The notes beneath the pieces were generated by a model, which saw nothing but the letters and a program-made list of their open reading frames with translations, ran no database searches and was not told where the DNA came from. A stretch of 64,000 nt of DNA, from contig OZ024743.1 in assembly GCA_964016885.1 (NCBI GenBank), forward strand, positions 99,572,001 to 99,636,000, given 5' to 3'. This document shows, piece by piece, positions 28,801 to 42,900 of this stretch. The number at the start of each line of letters is the position of its first letter. Within the stretch, counting starts at the first letter, position 1. The DNA comes from Eledone cirrhosa (taxonomy: Eukaryota). Position numbers and translations under genes: made by a program.

Positions 28801-30999
28801 TACCAATATTTACTGTGGTACTGGTTCAGTACCAATATTTAGTTCTGTGGTACAGGTTTACTACCAATATTTAGTCTGTGGTACAGGTTTAGTACCAATA
28901 TTTAGTCTGTGGTACTGGTTTAGTACCAATATTTAGTTCTGTGGTACATGTTTAGTACCAATATTTAGTTCTGTAGTACAGGTTTAGTACCAATATTTAG
29001 TCTGTGATACAGATTTAGTAACAATATTTAGTCTGTGGTACAGGTTTAGTAACAATATTTTGTCTGTGGTACAGGTTTAGTACCAATATTTAGTTCTATG
29101 GCACAGGTTTAGTACCAATATTTAGTTCTGTCGTACAGGTTTAGTACCAATATTTAGTTCTGTGGTACAGGTTTAGTACCAATATTTAGTCTGTGTTACA
29201 GATTTAGTAACAATATTTAGTCTGTGGTACAGGTTTGGTATCAATATTTATTCTGTGGTACAGGTTTAGTACCAAGATTTAGTCTGCGGTACAGGTTTAG
29301 TACCAACATTTAGTCCATGGGACAGGTTTAGTAACAATATTTAGTTCTGTGGTACAGGTTTAGTACCAATATTTAGTTCTGTGGTACAGGTTTAGTACCA
29401 ATATTTAGTTCTGTCGTCCAGGTTTACTATCAATATTTAGTCTGTGGTACAGGTTTAGTACCTATATTTAGTCTGTGGTACAGGTTTAGTACCAATATTT
29501 AGTCTGTGGTACAGGTTTAGTACCAATATTTAGTTCTGTGATACTGTGTTACTACCAATATTTAGTTATGTGGTACAGGTTTAGTACCAATATTTTGTTC
29601 TGTGGTACAGGTTTAGTACCAATATTTAGTCTGTGGTACTGGTTTAGTACCAATATTTAGTTCTGTGGTACAGGTTTAGTACAAATATTTAGTCTGTGGT
29701 ACAGGTTTGGTACCAATATTAAGTTCTGTCGTACAGGTTTAGTACCAATATTTTGTCTGTGGTACAAGTTTAGTACCAATATTTTGTATGTGGTACAGGT
29801 TTAGTACCTATATTTAGTTCTGTGGTACAGGTTTAGTACCAATATTTAGTCTGTGGTACAGGTTTAGTACCAACATTTAGTTTGTGGTACAGGTTTAGTA
29901 ACAATATTTACTTCTGTGGTACAGATTTAGTACCAATATTTAGTTCTGTGGTACAGGTTTACTATCAACATTTAGTCTGTGTTACAGGTTTAGTACCAAT
30001 ATTTAGTCTGTGGTACAGGTTTAGTACCAATACTTAGTCAGTGGTACAGGTTTAGTACCTAAATTTAGTTCTGTGGTACAGGTTTAGTACCAATATTTAG
30101 TCTGTGGTACACGTTTAGTACCAATATTTAGTCTGTGGTACAGGTTTAGTACCAATATTTAGTCTGTGGTACAGGTCTGGTATCAATATTTAGTCTGTGG
30201 TACAGGTTTAGTACAAATATTTAGTTCTGTGGTACAGGTTTAGTACAAATATTTAGTCTGTGGTACAGGTTTAGTACCAATATTTAGTTCGTGGTACAGG
30301 TTTAGTACAAATATTTAGTTCTGTGGTACAGGTTTAGTACAAATATTTAGTCTGTGGTACAGGTTTAGTACAAATATTTAGTTCTGTGGTACAGGTTTAG
30401 TACAAATATTTAGTCTGTGGTACAGGTTTAGTACCAATATTTAGTTCGTGGTACAGGTTTAGTACAAATATTTAGTCTGTGGTACAGGTTTAGTACCAAT
30501 ATTTAGTCTGTGGTACAGGTCTAGTACCAATATTTAGTCTGTGGTACAGGTTTAGTACGAATATTTAGTTCTGTGGTACAGTTTTAGTACCAATATTTAG
30601 TTCTGTGCTACAGGTTTAGTACCAACATTTAGTTCTGTGGTACAGGTTTAGTACCAATATTTAGTCTGTGGTACATGTTTAGTACCAATATTTAGTTAAT
30701 GGTACTGGTTTAGTACCAATATTTGGTCTGTGGTACAGGTTTAGTATTAATATTTAGTCTGTGGTACAGGTTTGGTACCAATATTAAGTTCTGTCGTACA
30801 GGTTTAGTACCAATATTTTGTCTGTGGTACAAGTTTAGTACCAATATTTTGTCTGTGGTACAGGTTTAGTACCTATATTTAGTTCTGTGGTACAGGTTTA
30901 GTACCAATATTTAGTCTGTGGTACAGGTTTAGTACCAATATTTAGTTTGTGGTACAGGTTTAGTAACAATATTTAGTTCTGTGGTACAGATTTAGTACC

Positions 31000-33900
31000 A
31001 ATATTTAGTTCTGTGGTACAGGTTTAGTACCAATATTTAGTTCTGTGGTACTGGTTTAGTACCAATATTTAGTTCTGTGGTACAGGTTGAGTATCAATAT
31101 TTAGTCTGTGGTACAGGTTTAGTACCATATTTAGTCTGTGGTGTAGGTTTAGTATCAATATTTAGTCTGTGGTACAGGTTTAGTATCAATATTTAGTCTA
31201 TGGTACAGGTTTAGTTCCTATATTTAGTTCTGTGGTACAGGTTAATACCAATATTTAGTCTGTTGTACAGTTTTAGTACCAATATTTAGTGTGTGGTACA
31301 GGTTTAATACCAATATTTAGTTTTGTGGTAGAGGTTTAGTACCAATATTTACTCTGTCGTACAGGTTTAGTACGAATATTTAGTTCTGTGACACAGGTTT
31401 ATAGTACCAATAATTAGTTCTGTGGTACAGGTTTAGTACCAATATTTAGTCTGTGGTACAGGTTTAGTACCAATATTTAGTCTGTGGTACAGGTTTAGTA
31501 ACAATATTTTCTTCTGTTGTAGAAATTTAGCACCAATATTTAGTTCTGTGGTACAGATTTACTATCAATATTTAGTCTGTGTTACAGGTTTAGTACCAAT
31601 ATTTAGTTTGTGGTACAGGTTTAGTCACAATTTTTACTTCTGTGGTAGAGATTTAGTACCAATATTTAGTTCTGTGGTACTGGTTTAGTACCAATATTTA
31701 GTTCTGTGGTACAGGTTTAGTACCAATATTTAGTCTGTGGTACAGGTTTAGTACCAATATTAACTTCTGTCGTACAGCTTTAGTACCAATATTTAGTCTG
31801 TGGTACTGGTTCAGTACTAATATTTAGTTCTATGGTACAGGTTTAGTACCAATATTTAGTTCTGTGGTACAGGTTTAGAACCAATATATAGTTCTGTGGT
31901 ACAGGTTTAGTACCAATATTTAGTTCTGTGGTTCAGGTTAAGTACCAATATTTAGTTCTGTAGTACAGGTTTAGTACCAATATTTAGTCTGTGATACAGC
32001 CTTAGTACCAATATTTAGTCTGTGGTACAGGTTTAGTACCAATATTTAGTCTGTGGTACAGGTTTAGTACCAATATTTAGTTCTGTGATACTGTGTTACT
32101 ACCAATATTTAGTTATGTGGTACAGGTTTAGTACCAATATTTAGTTCTGTGGTACAGGTTTAGTACCAATATTTAGTCTGTGGTACTGGTTTAGTACCAA
32201 TATTTAGTTCTGCGGTACAGGTTTAGTACCAATATTTAGTCTGTGGTACACGTTTAGTACCAATATTTAGTCTGTGGTACAGGTTTAGTACCAATATTTA
32301 ATCTGTGGTACAGGTCTGGTATCAATATTTAGTCTGTGGTACAGGTTTAGTACAAATATTTAGTTCTGTGGTACAGGTTTAGTACAAATATTTAGTCTGT
32401 GGTACAGGTTTAGTACCAATATTTAGTTCGTGGTACAGGTTTAGTACAAATATTTAGTTCTGTGGTACAGGTTTAGTACAAATATTTAGTCTGTGGTACA
32501 GGTTTAGTACCAATATTTAGTTCGTGGTACAGGTTTAGTACAAATATTTAGTCTGTGGTACAGGTCTAGTACCAATATTTAGTCTGTGGTAACAGGTTTA
32601 GTACGAATATTTAGTTCTGTGGTACAGTTTTTGTACCAATATTTAGTTCTGTGCTACAGGTTTAGTACCAATATTTAGTTCTGTGGTACAGGTTTAGTAC
32701 CAATATTTAGTCTGTGGTACAGGTTTAGTACCAATATTTAGTTCTATGGTACTGGTTTAGTACCAATATTTGGTCTGTGGTACAGGTTTAGTATTAATAT
32801 TTAGTCTGTGGTACAGGTTTGGTACCAATATTAAGTTCTGTCGTACAGGTTTAGTACCAATATTTTGTCTGTGGTACAAGTTTAGTACCAATATTTTGTC
32901 TGTGGTACAGGTTTAGTACCTATATTTAGTTCTGTGGTACAGGTTTAGTACCAATATTTAGTCTGTGGTACAGGTTTAGTACCAATATTTAGTTTGTGGT
33001 ACAGGTTTAGTAACAATATTTAGTTCTGTGGTACAGATTTAGTACCAATATTTAGTTCTGTGGTACAGGTTTACTATCAACATTTAGTCTGTGTTACAGG
33101 TTTAGTACCAATATTTAGTCTGTGGTACAGGTTTAGTACCAATATTTAGTCTGTGGTACAGGTTTAGTACCTAAATTTAGTTCTGTGGTACAGGTTGAGT
33201 ATCAATATTTAGTCTGTGGTACAGGTTTAGTACCATATTTAGTCTGTGGTGTAGGTTTAGTATCAATATTTAGTCTGTGGTACAGGTTTAGTATCAATAT
33301 TTAGTCTATGGTACAGGTTTAGTTCCTATATTTAGTTCTGTGGTACAGGTTAATACCAATATTTAGTCTGTTGTACAGTTTTAGTACCAATATTTAGTGT
33401 GTGGTACAGGTTTAATACCAATATTTAGTTTTGTGGTAGAGGTTTAGTACCAATATTTACTCTGTCGTACAGGTTTAGTACGAATATTTAGTTCTGTGAC
33501 ACAGGTTTATAGTACCAATAATTAGTTCTGTGGTACAGGTTTAGTACCAATATTTAGTCTGTGGTACAGGTTTAGTACCAATATTTAGTCTGTGGTACAG
33601 GTTTAGTAACAATATTTTCTTCTGTTGTAGAAATTTCGCACCAATATTTAGTTCTGTGGTACAGGTTTACTATCAATATTTAGTCTGTGTTACAGCTTTA
33701 GTACCAATATTTAGTTTGTGGTACAGGTTTAGTCACAATTTTTACTTCTGTGGTAGAGATTTAGTACCAATATTTAGTTCTGTGGTACTGGTTTAGTACC
33801 AATATTTAGTTCTGTGGTACAGGTTTAGTACCAATATTTAGTCTGTGGTACAGGTTTAGTACCAATATTAACTTCTGTCGTACAGCTTTAGTACCAATAT

Positions 33901-36900
33901 TTAGTCTGTGGTACTGGTTCAGTACTAATATTTAGTTCTATGGTACAGGTTTAGTACCAATATTTAGTTCTGTGGTACAGGTTTAGTACCAATATATAGT
34001 TCTGTGGTACAGGTTTAGTACCAATATTTAGTTCTGTGGTTCAGGTTTAGTACCAATATTTAGTTCTGTAGTACAGGTTTAGTACCAATATTTAGTCTGT
34101 GATACAGACTTAGTACCAATATTTAGTCTGTGGTACAGGTTTAGTAACAATATTTTGTCTGTGGTACAGGTTTAGTACCAATATTTAGTTCTATGGTACA
34201 GGTTTAGTACCAATATTTAGTTCCGTGGTACAGGTTTGGTACCAATATTTAGTCTGTGGTACAGGTTTAGTACCAATATTTATTCTGCGGTACAGGTTTA
34301 CTACCAATATTTACTTCTGTGATACTGTGTTGCTACCAATATTTAGTTATGTGGTACAGGTTTAGTACCAATATTTAGTTCTGTGGTACAGGTTTAGTAC
34401 CAATATTTAGTTCTCTCATACAGGTTTAGTACCTATATTTAGTCTGTGGTACAGGTTTAGTACCAATATTTAGTCTGTGGTACAGCTTTAGTACCAATAT
34501 TTAGTCTGTGGTGTAGGTTTAGTATCAATATTTAGTCTGTGGTACAGGTTTAGTATCAATATTTAGTCTATGGTACAGGTTTAGTACCTATATTTAGTTC
34601 TGTAGTACAGGTTTAGTACCAATATTTATTTCGTGGTACAGGTTTAGTACCAATATTTAGTCTGTGGTACAGGTTTAGTACCAATATTTAGTCTGTGGTA
34701 CAGGTTTAGTAACAATATTTAGTTCTGTGCTAGTAAATTAGTACCAATATTTACTTCTGTGGTACAGGTTTACTATCAATATTTAGTCTGTGGTCCAGGT
34801 TTAGTACCAATATTTAGTCTGTGGTCCAGGTTTAGTACCAATATTTAGTTTGTGGTACAGGTTTAGTCACAATTTTTACTTCTGTGGTACAGATTTAGTA
34901 CCAATATTTAGTTCTGTGGCACAGGTTTACTATCAATATTTAGTCTGTGTTACAGGTTTAGTACCAATATTTAGTCTGTGGTACATGTTTAGTACCAATA
35001 TTCAGTCTGTGGTACAGGTTTAGTACCAATATTTAGTCTGTGGTATAGGTTTAGTACCAATATTTAGTCTGTGGTACAGGTTTAGTACCAATATTTAGTT
35101 CTGTAGTACAGTTTTAATACCAATATTTAGTTCTGTGGTACAGGTTGAGTACCAATATTTAGTTCTGTTGTACAGGTTTAATACCAATATTTAGTCTGTG
35201 GTACTGTTTTAGTACCAATATTTAGTTCTATGGTACAGGTTTAGTACCAATATTTAGTTCTGTGGTAGAGGTTTAGTACCAATATTTAGTTCTGTAGTAC
35301 AGGTTTAGTACCAATATTTAGTCTGTGATACAGATTTAGTAACAATATTTAGTCTGTGGTACAGGTTTAGTAACAATATTTTGTCTGTGGTACAGGTTTA
35401 GTACCAATATTTAGTTCTATGGCACAGGTTTAGTACCAATATTTAGTTCTGTGGTACAGGTTTAGTACCAATATTTAGTTCTGTGGTACAGGTTTAGTAC
35501 CAATATTTAGTCTGTGTTACAGATTTAGTAACAATATTTAGTCTGTGGTACAGGTTTGGTATCAATATTTATTCTGTGGTACAGGTTTAGTACCAATATT
35601 TAGTCTGCGGTACAGGTTTAGTACCAATATTTACTCCATGGGACAGGTTTAGTAACAATATTTAGTTCTGTGGTACAGATTTAGTAACAATATTTAGTTC
35701 TGTCGTACAGGTTTACTATCAATATTTAGTCTGTGGTACAGGTTTAGTACCAATATTTAGTTCTGTGATACTATGTTACTACCAATATTTAGTTATGTGG
35801 TGCAGGTTTAGTACCAATATTTAGTCTGTGGTACAGGTTTAGTACCAATATTAACTTCTGTCGTACAGCTTTAGTACCAATATTTAGTCTGTGGTACTGG
35901 TTCAGTACTAATATTTAGTTCTATGGTACAGGTTTAGTACCAATATTTAGTTCTGTGGTACAGGTTTAGTACCAATATTTAGTTCTGTGGTACTGGTTTA
36001 GTACCAATATTTAGTTCTGTGGTACAGGTTGAGTATCAATATTTAGTCTGTGGTACAGGTTTAGTACCATATTTAGTCTGTGGTGTAGGTTTAGTATCAA
36101 TATTTAGTCTGTGGTACAGGTTTAGTATCAATATTTAGTCTATGGTACAGGTTTAGTTCCTATATTTAGTTCTGTGGTACAGGTTAATACCAATATTTAG
36201 TCTGTTGTACAGTTTTAGTACCAATATTTAGTGTGTGGTACAGGTTTAATACCAATATTTAGTTTTGTGGTAGAGGTTTAGTACCAATATTTACTCTGTC
36301 GTACAGGTTTAGTACGAATATTTAGTTCTGTGACACAGGTTTATAGTACCAATAATTAGTTCTGTGGTACAGGTTTAGTACCAATATTTAGTCTGTGGTA
36401 CAGGTTTAGTACCAATATTTAGTCTGTGGTACAGGTTTAGTAACAATATTTTCTTCTGTTGTAGAAATTTAGCACCAATATTTAGTTCTGTGGTACAGAT
36501 TTACTATCAATATTTAGTCTGTGTTACAGGTTTAGTACCAATATTTAGTTTGTGGTACAGGTTTAGTCACAATTTTTACTTCTGTGGTAGAGATTTAGTA
36601 CCAATATTTAGTTCTGTGGTACTGGTTTAGTACCAATATTTAGTTCTGTGGTACAGGTTTAGTACCAATATTTAGTCTGTGGTACAGGTTTAGTACCAAT
36701 ATTAACTTCTGTCGTACAGCTTTAGTACCAATATTTAGTCTGTGGTACTGGTTCAGTACTAATATTTAGTTCTATGGTACAGGTTTAGTACCAATATTTA
36801 GTTCTGTGGTACAGGTTTAGAACCAATATATAGTTCTGTGGTACAGGTTTAGTACCAATATTTAGTTCTGTGGTTCAGGTTAAGTACCAATATTTAGTTC

Positions 36901-39900
36901 TGTAGTACAGGTTTAGTACCAATATTTAGTCTGTGATACAGCCTTAGTACCAATATTTAGTCTGTGGTACAGGTTTAGTACCAATATTTAGTCTGTGGTA
37001 CAGGTTTAGTACCAATATTTAGTTCTGTGATACTGTGTTACTACCAATATTTAGTTATGTGGTACAGGTTTAGTACCAATATTTAGTTCTGTGGTACAGG
37101 TTTAGTACCAATATTTAGTCTGTGGTACTGGTTTAGTACCAATATTTAGTTCTGCGGTACAGGTTTAGTACCAATATTTAGTCTGTGGTACACGTTTAGT
37201 ACCAATATTTAGTCTGTGGTACAGGTTTAGTACCAATATTTAATCTGTGGTACAGGTCTGGTATCAATATTTAGTCTGTGGTACAGGTTTAGTACAAATA
37301 TTTAGTTCTGTGGTACAGGTTTAGTACAAATATTTAGTCTGTGGTACAGGTTTAGTACCAATATTTAGTTCGTGGTACAGGTTTAGTACAAATATTTAGT
37401 TCTGTGGTACAGGTTTAGTACAAATATTTAGTCTGTGGTACAGGTTTAGTACCAATATTTAGTTCGTGGTACAGGTTTAGTACAAATATTTAGTCTGTGG
37501 TACAGGTCTAGTACCAATATTTAGTCTGTGGTAACAGGTTTAGTACGAATATTTAGTTCTGTGGTACAGTTTTAGTACCAATATTTAGTTCTGTGCTACA
37601 GGTTTAGTACCAATATTTAGTTCTGTGGTACAGGTTTAGTACCAATATTTAGTCTGTGGTACAGGTTTAGTACCAATATTTAGTTCTATGGTACTGGTTT
37701 AGTACCAATATTTGGTCTGTGGTACAGGTTTAGTATTAATATTTAGTCTGTGGTACAGGTTTGGTACCAATATTAAGTTCTGTCGTACAGGTTTAGTACC
37801 AATATTTTGTCTGTGGTACAAGTTTAGTACCAATATTTTGTCTGTGGTACAGGTTTAGTACCTATATTTAGTTCTGTGGTACAGGTTTAGTACCAATATT
37901 TAGTCTGTGGTACAGGTTTAGTACCAATATTTAGTTTGTGGTACAGGTTTAGTAACAATATTTAGTTCTGTGGTACAGATTTAGTACCAATATTTAGTTC
38001 TGTGGTACAGGTTTACTATCAACATTTAGTCTGTGTTACAGGTTTAGTACCAATATTTAGTCTGTGGTACAGGTTTAGTACCAATATTTAGTCTGTGGTA
38101 CAGGTTTAGTACCTAAATTTAGTTCTGTGGTACAGGTTGAGTATCAATATTTAGTCTGTGGTACAGGTTTAGTACCATATTTAGTCTGTGGTGTAGGTTT
38201 AGTATCAATATTTAGTCTGTGGTACAGGTTTAGTATCAATATTTAGTCTATGGTACAGGTTTAGTTCCTATATTTAGTTCTGTGGTACAGGTTAATACCA
38301 ATATTTAGTCTGTTGTACAGTTTTAGTACCAATATTTAGTGTGTGGTACAGGTTTAATACCAATATTTAGTTTTGTGGTAGAGGTTTAGTACCAATATTT
38401 ACTCTGTCGTACAGGTTTAGTACGAATATTTAGTTCTGTGACACAGGTTTATAGTACCAATAATTAGTTCTGTGGTACAGGTTTAGTACCAATATTTAGT
38501 CTGTGGTACAGGTTTAGTACCAATATTTAGTCTGTGGTACAGGTTTAGTAACAATATTTTCTTCTGTTGTAGAAATTTCGCACCAATATTTAGTTCTGTG
38601 GTACAGGTTTACTATCAATATTTAGTCTGTGTTACAGCTTTAGTACCAATATTTAGTTTGTGGTACAGGTTTAGTCACAATTTTTACTTCTGTGGTAGAG
38701 ATTTAGTACCAATATTTAGTTCTGTGGTACTGGTTTAGTACCAATATTTAGTTCTGTGGTACAGGTTTAGTACCAATATTTAGTCTGTGGTACAGGTTTA
38801 GTACCAATATTAACTTCTGTCGTACAGCTTTAGTACCAATATTTAGTCTGTGGTACTGGTTCAGTACTAATATTTAGTTCTATGGTACAGGTTTAGTACC
38901 AATATTTAGTTCTGTGGTACAGGTTTAGTACCAATATATAGTTCTGTGGTACAGGTTTAGTACCAATATTTAGTTCTGTGGTTCAGGTTTAGTACCAATA
39001 TTTAGTTCTGTAGTACAGGTTTAGTACCAATATTTAGTCTGTGATACAGACTTAGTACCAATATTTAGTCTGTGGTACAGGTTTAGTAACAATATTTTGT
39101 CTGTGGTACAGGTTTAGTACCAATATTTAGTTCTATGGTACAGGTTTAGTACCAATATTTAGTTCCGTGGTACAGGTTTGGTACCAATATTTAGTCTGTG
39201 GTACAGGTTTAGTACCAATATTTATTCTGCGGTACAGGTTTACTACCAATATTTACTTCTGTGATACTGTGTTGCTACCAATATTTAGTTATGTGGTACA
39301 GGTTTAGTACCAATATTTAGTTCTGTGGTACAGGTTTAGTACCAATATTTAGTTCTCTCATACAGGTTTAGTACCTATATTTAGTCTGTGGTACAGGTTT
39401 AGTACCAATATTTAGTCTGTGGTACAGCTTTAGTACCAATATTTAGTCTGTGGTGTAGGTTTAGTATCAATATTTAGTCTGTGGTACAGGTTTAGTATCA
39501 ATATTTAGTCTATGGTACAGGTTTAGTACCTATATTTAGTTCTGTAGTACAGGTTTAGTACCAATATTTATTTCGTGGTACAGGTTTAGTACCAATATTT
39601 AGTCTGTGGTACAGGTTTAGTACCAATATTTAGTCTGTGGTACAGGTTTAGTAACAATATTTAGTTCTGTGCTAGTAAATTAGTACCAATATTTACTTCT
39701 GTGGTACAGGTTTACTATCAATATTTAGTCTGTGGTCCAGGTTTAGTACCAATATTTAGTCTGTGGTCCAGGTTTAGTACCAATATTTAGTTTGTGGTAC
39801 AGGTTTAGTCACAATTTTTACTTCTGTGGTACAGATTTAGTACCAATATTTAGTTCTGTGGCACAGGTTTACTATCAATATTTAGTCTGTGTTACAGGTT

Positions 39901-42900
39901 TAGTACCAATATTTAGTCTGTGGTACATGTTTAGTACCAATATTCAGTCTGTGGTACAGGTTTAGTACCAATATTTAGTCTGTGGTATAGGTTTAGTACC
40001 AATATTTAGTCTGTGGTACAGGTTTAGTACCAATATTTAGTTCTGTAGTACAGTTTTAATACCAATATTTAGTTCTGTGGTACAGGTTGAGTACCAATAT
40101 TTAGTTCTGTTGTACAGGTTTAATACCAATATTTAGTCTGTGGTACTGTTTTAGTACCAATATTTAGTTCTATGGTACAGGTTTAGTACCAATATTTAGT
40201 TCTGTGGTAGAGGTTTAGTACCAATATTTAGTTCTGTAGTACAGGTTTAGTACCAATATTTAGTCTGTGATACAGATTTAGTAACAATATTTAGTCTGTG
40301 GTACAGGTTTAGTAACAATATTTTGTCTGTGGTACAGGTTTAGTACCAATATTTAGTTCTATGGCACAGGTTTAGTACCAATATTTAGTTCTGTGGTACA
40401 GGTTTAGTACCAATATTTAGTTCTGTGGTACAGGTTTAGTACCAATATTTAGTCTGTGTTACAGATTTAGTAACAATATTTAGTCTGTGGTACAGGTTTG
40501 GTATCAATATTTATTCTGTGGTACAGGTTTAGTACCAATATTTAGTCTGCGGTACAGGTTTAGTACCAATATTTACTCCATGGGACAGGTTTAGTAACAA
40601 TATTTAGTTCTGTGGTACAGATTTAGTAACAATATTTAGTTCTGTCGTACAGGTTTACTATCAATATTTAGTCTGTGGTACAGGTTTAGTACCAATATTT
40701 AGTTCTGTGATACTATGTTACTACCAATATTTAGTTATGTGGTGCAGGTTTAGTACCAATATTTAGTCTGTGGTACAGGTTTAGTACCAATATTAACTTC
40801 TGTCGTACAGCTTTAGTACCAATATTTAGTCTGTGGTACTGGTTCAGTACTAATATTTAGTTCTATGGTACAGGTTTAGTACCAATATTTAGTTCTGTGG
40901 TACAGGTTTAGAACCAATATATAGTTCTGTGGTACAGGTTTAGTACCAATATTTAGTTCTGTGGTTCAGGTTAAGTACCAATATTTAGTTCTGTAGTACA
41001 GGTTTAGTACCAATATTTAGTCTGTGATACAGCCTTAGTACCAATATTTAGTCTGTGGTACAGGTTTAGTACCAATATTTAGTCTGTGGTACAGGTTTAG
41101 TACCAATATTTAGTTCTGTGATACTGTGTTACTACCAATATTTAGTTATGTGGTACAGGTTTAGTACCAATATTTAGTTCTGTGGTACAGGTTTAGTACC
41201 AATATTTAGTCTGTGGTACTGGTTTAGTACCAATATTTAGTTCTGCGGTACAGGTTTAGTACCAATATTTAGTCTGTGGTACACGTTTAGTACCAATATT
41301 TAGTCTGTGGTACAGGTTTAGTACCAATATTTAATCTGTGGTACAGGTCTGGTATCAATATTTAGTCTGTGGTACAGGTTTAGTACAAATATTTAGTTCT
41401 GTGGTACAGGTTTAGTACAAATATTTAGTCTGTGGTACAGGTTTAGTACCAATATTTAGTTCGTGGTACAGGTTTAGTACAAATATTTAGTTCTGTGGTA
41501 CAGGTTTAGTACAAATATTTAGTCTGTGGTACAGGTTTAGTACCAATATTTAGTTCGTGGTACAGGTTTAGTACAAATATTTAGTCTGTGGTACAGGTCT
41601 AGTACCAATATTTAGTCTGTGGTAACAGGTTTAGTACGAATATTTAGTTCTGTGGTACAGTTTTTGTACCAATATTTAGTTCTGTGCTACAGGTTTAGTA
41701 CCAATATTTAGTTCTGTGGTACAGGTTTAGTACCAATATTTAGTCTGTGGTACAGGTTTAGTACCAATATTTAGTTCTATGGTACTGGTTTAGTACCAAT
41801 ATTTGGTCTGTGGTACAGGTTTAGTATTAATATTTAGTCTGTGGTACAGGTTTGGTACCAATATTAAGTTCTGTCGTACAGGTTTAGTACCAATATTTTG
41901 TCTGTGGTACAAGTTTAGTACCAATATTTTGTCTGTGGTACAGGTTTAGTACCTATATTTAGTTCTGTGGTACAGGTTTAGTACCAATATTTAGTCTGTG
42001 GTACAGGTTTAGTACCAATATTTAGTTTGTGGTACAGGTTTAGTAACAATATTTAGTTCTGTGGTACAGATTTAGTACCAATATTTAGTTCTGTGGTACA
42101 GGTTTACTATCAACATTTAGTCTGTGTTACAGGTTTAGTACCAATATTTAGTCTGTGGTACAGGTTTAGTACCAATATTTAGTCTGTGGTACAGGTTTAG
42201 TACCTAAATTTAGTTCTGTGGTACAGGTTGAGTATCAATATTTAGTCTGTGGTACAGGTTTAGTACCATATTTAGTCTGTGGTGTAGGTTTAGTATCAAT
42301 ATTTAGTCTGTGGTACAGGTTTAGTATCAATATTTAGTCTATGGTACAGGTTTAGTTCCTATATTTAGTTCTGTGGTACAGGTTAATACCAATATTTAGT
42401 CTGTTGTACAGTTTTAGTACCAATATTTAGTGTGTGGTACAGGTTTAATACCAATATTTAGTTTTGTGGTAGAGGTTTAGTACCAATATTTACTCTGTCG
42501 TACAGGTTTAGTACGAATATTTAGTTCTGTGACACAGGTTTATAGTACCAATAATTAGTTCTGTGGTACAGGTTTAGTACCAATATTTAGTCTGTGGTAC
42601 AGGTTTAGTACCAATATTTAGTCTGTGGTACAGGTTTAGTAACAATATTTTCTTCTGTTGTAGAAATTTCGCACCAATATTTAGTTCTGTGGTACAGGTT
42701 TACTATCAATATTTAGTCTGTGTTACAGCTTTAGTACCAATATTTAGTTTGTGGTACAGGTTTAGTCACAATTTTTACTTCTGTGGTAGAGATTTAGTAC
42801 CAATATTTAGTTCTGTGGTACTGGTTTAGTACCAATATTTAGTTCTGTGGTACAGGTTTAGTACCAATATTTAGTCTGTGGTACAGGTTTAGTACCAATA

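Noticed and set aside
24255-28936. Short ORFs inside satellite A
   Set aside because: Chance loss of stop codons in variant monomers.
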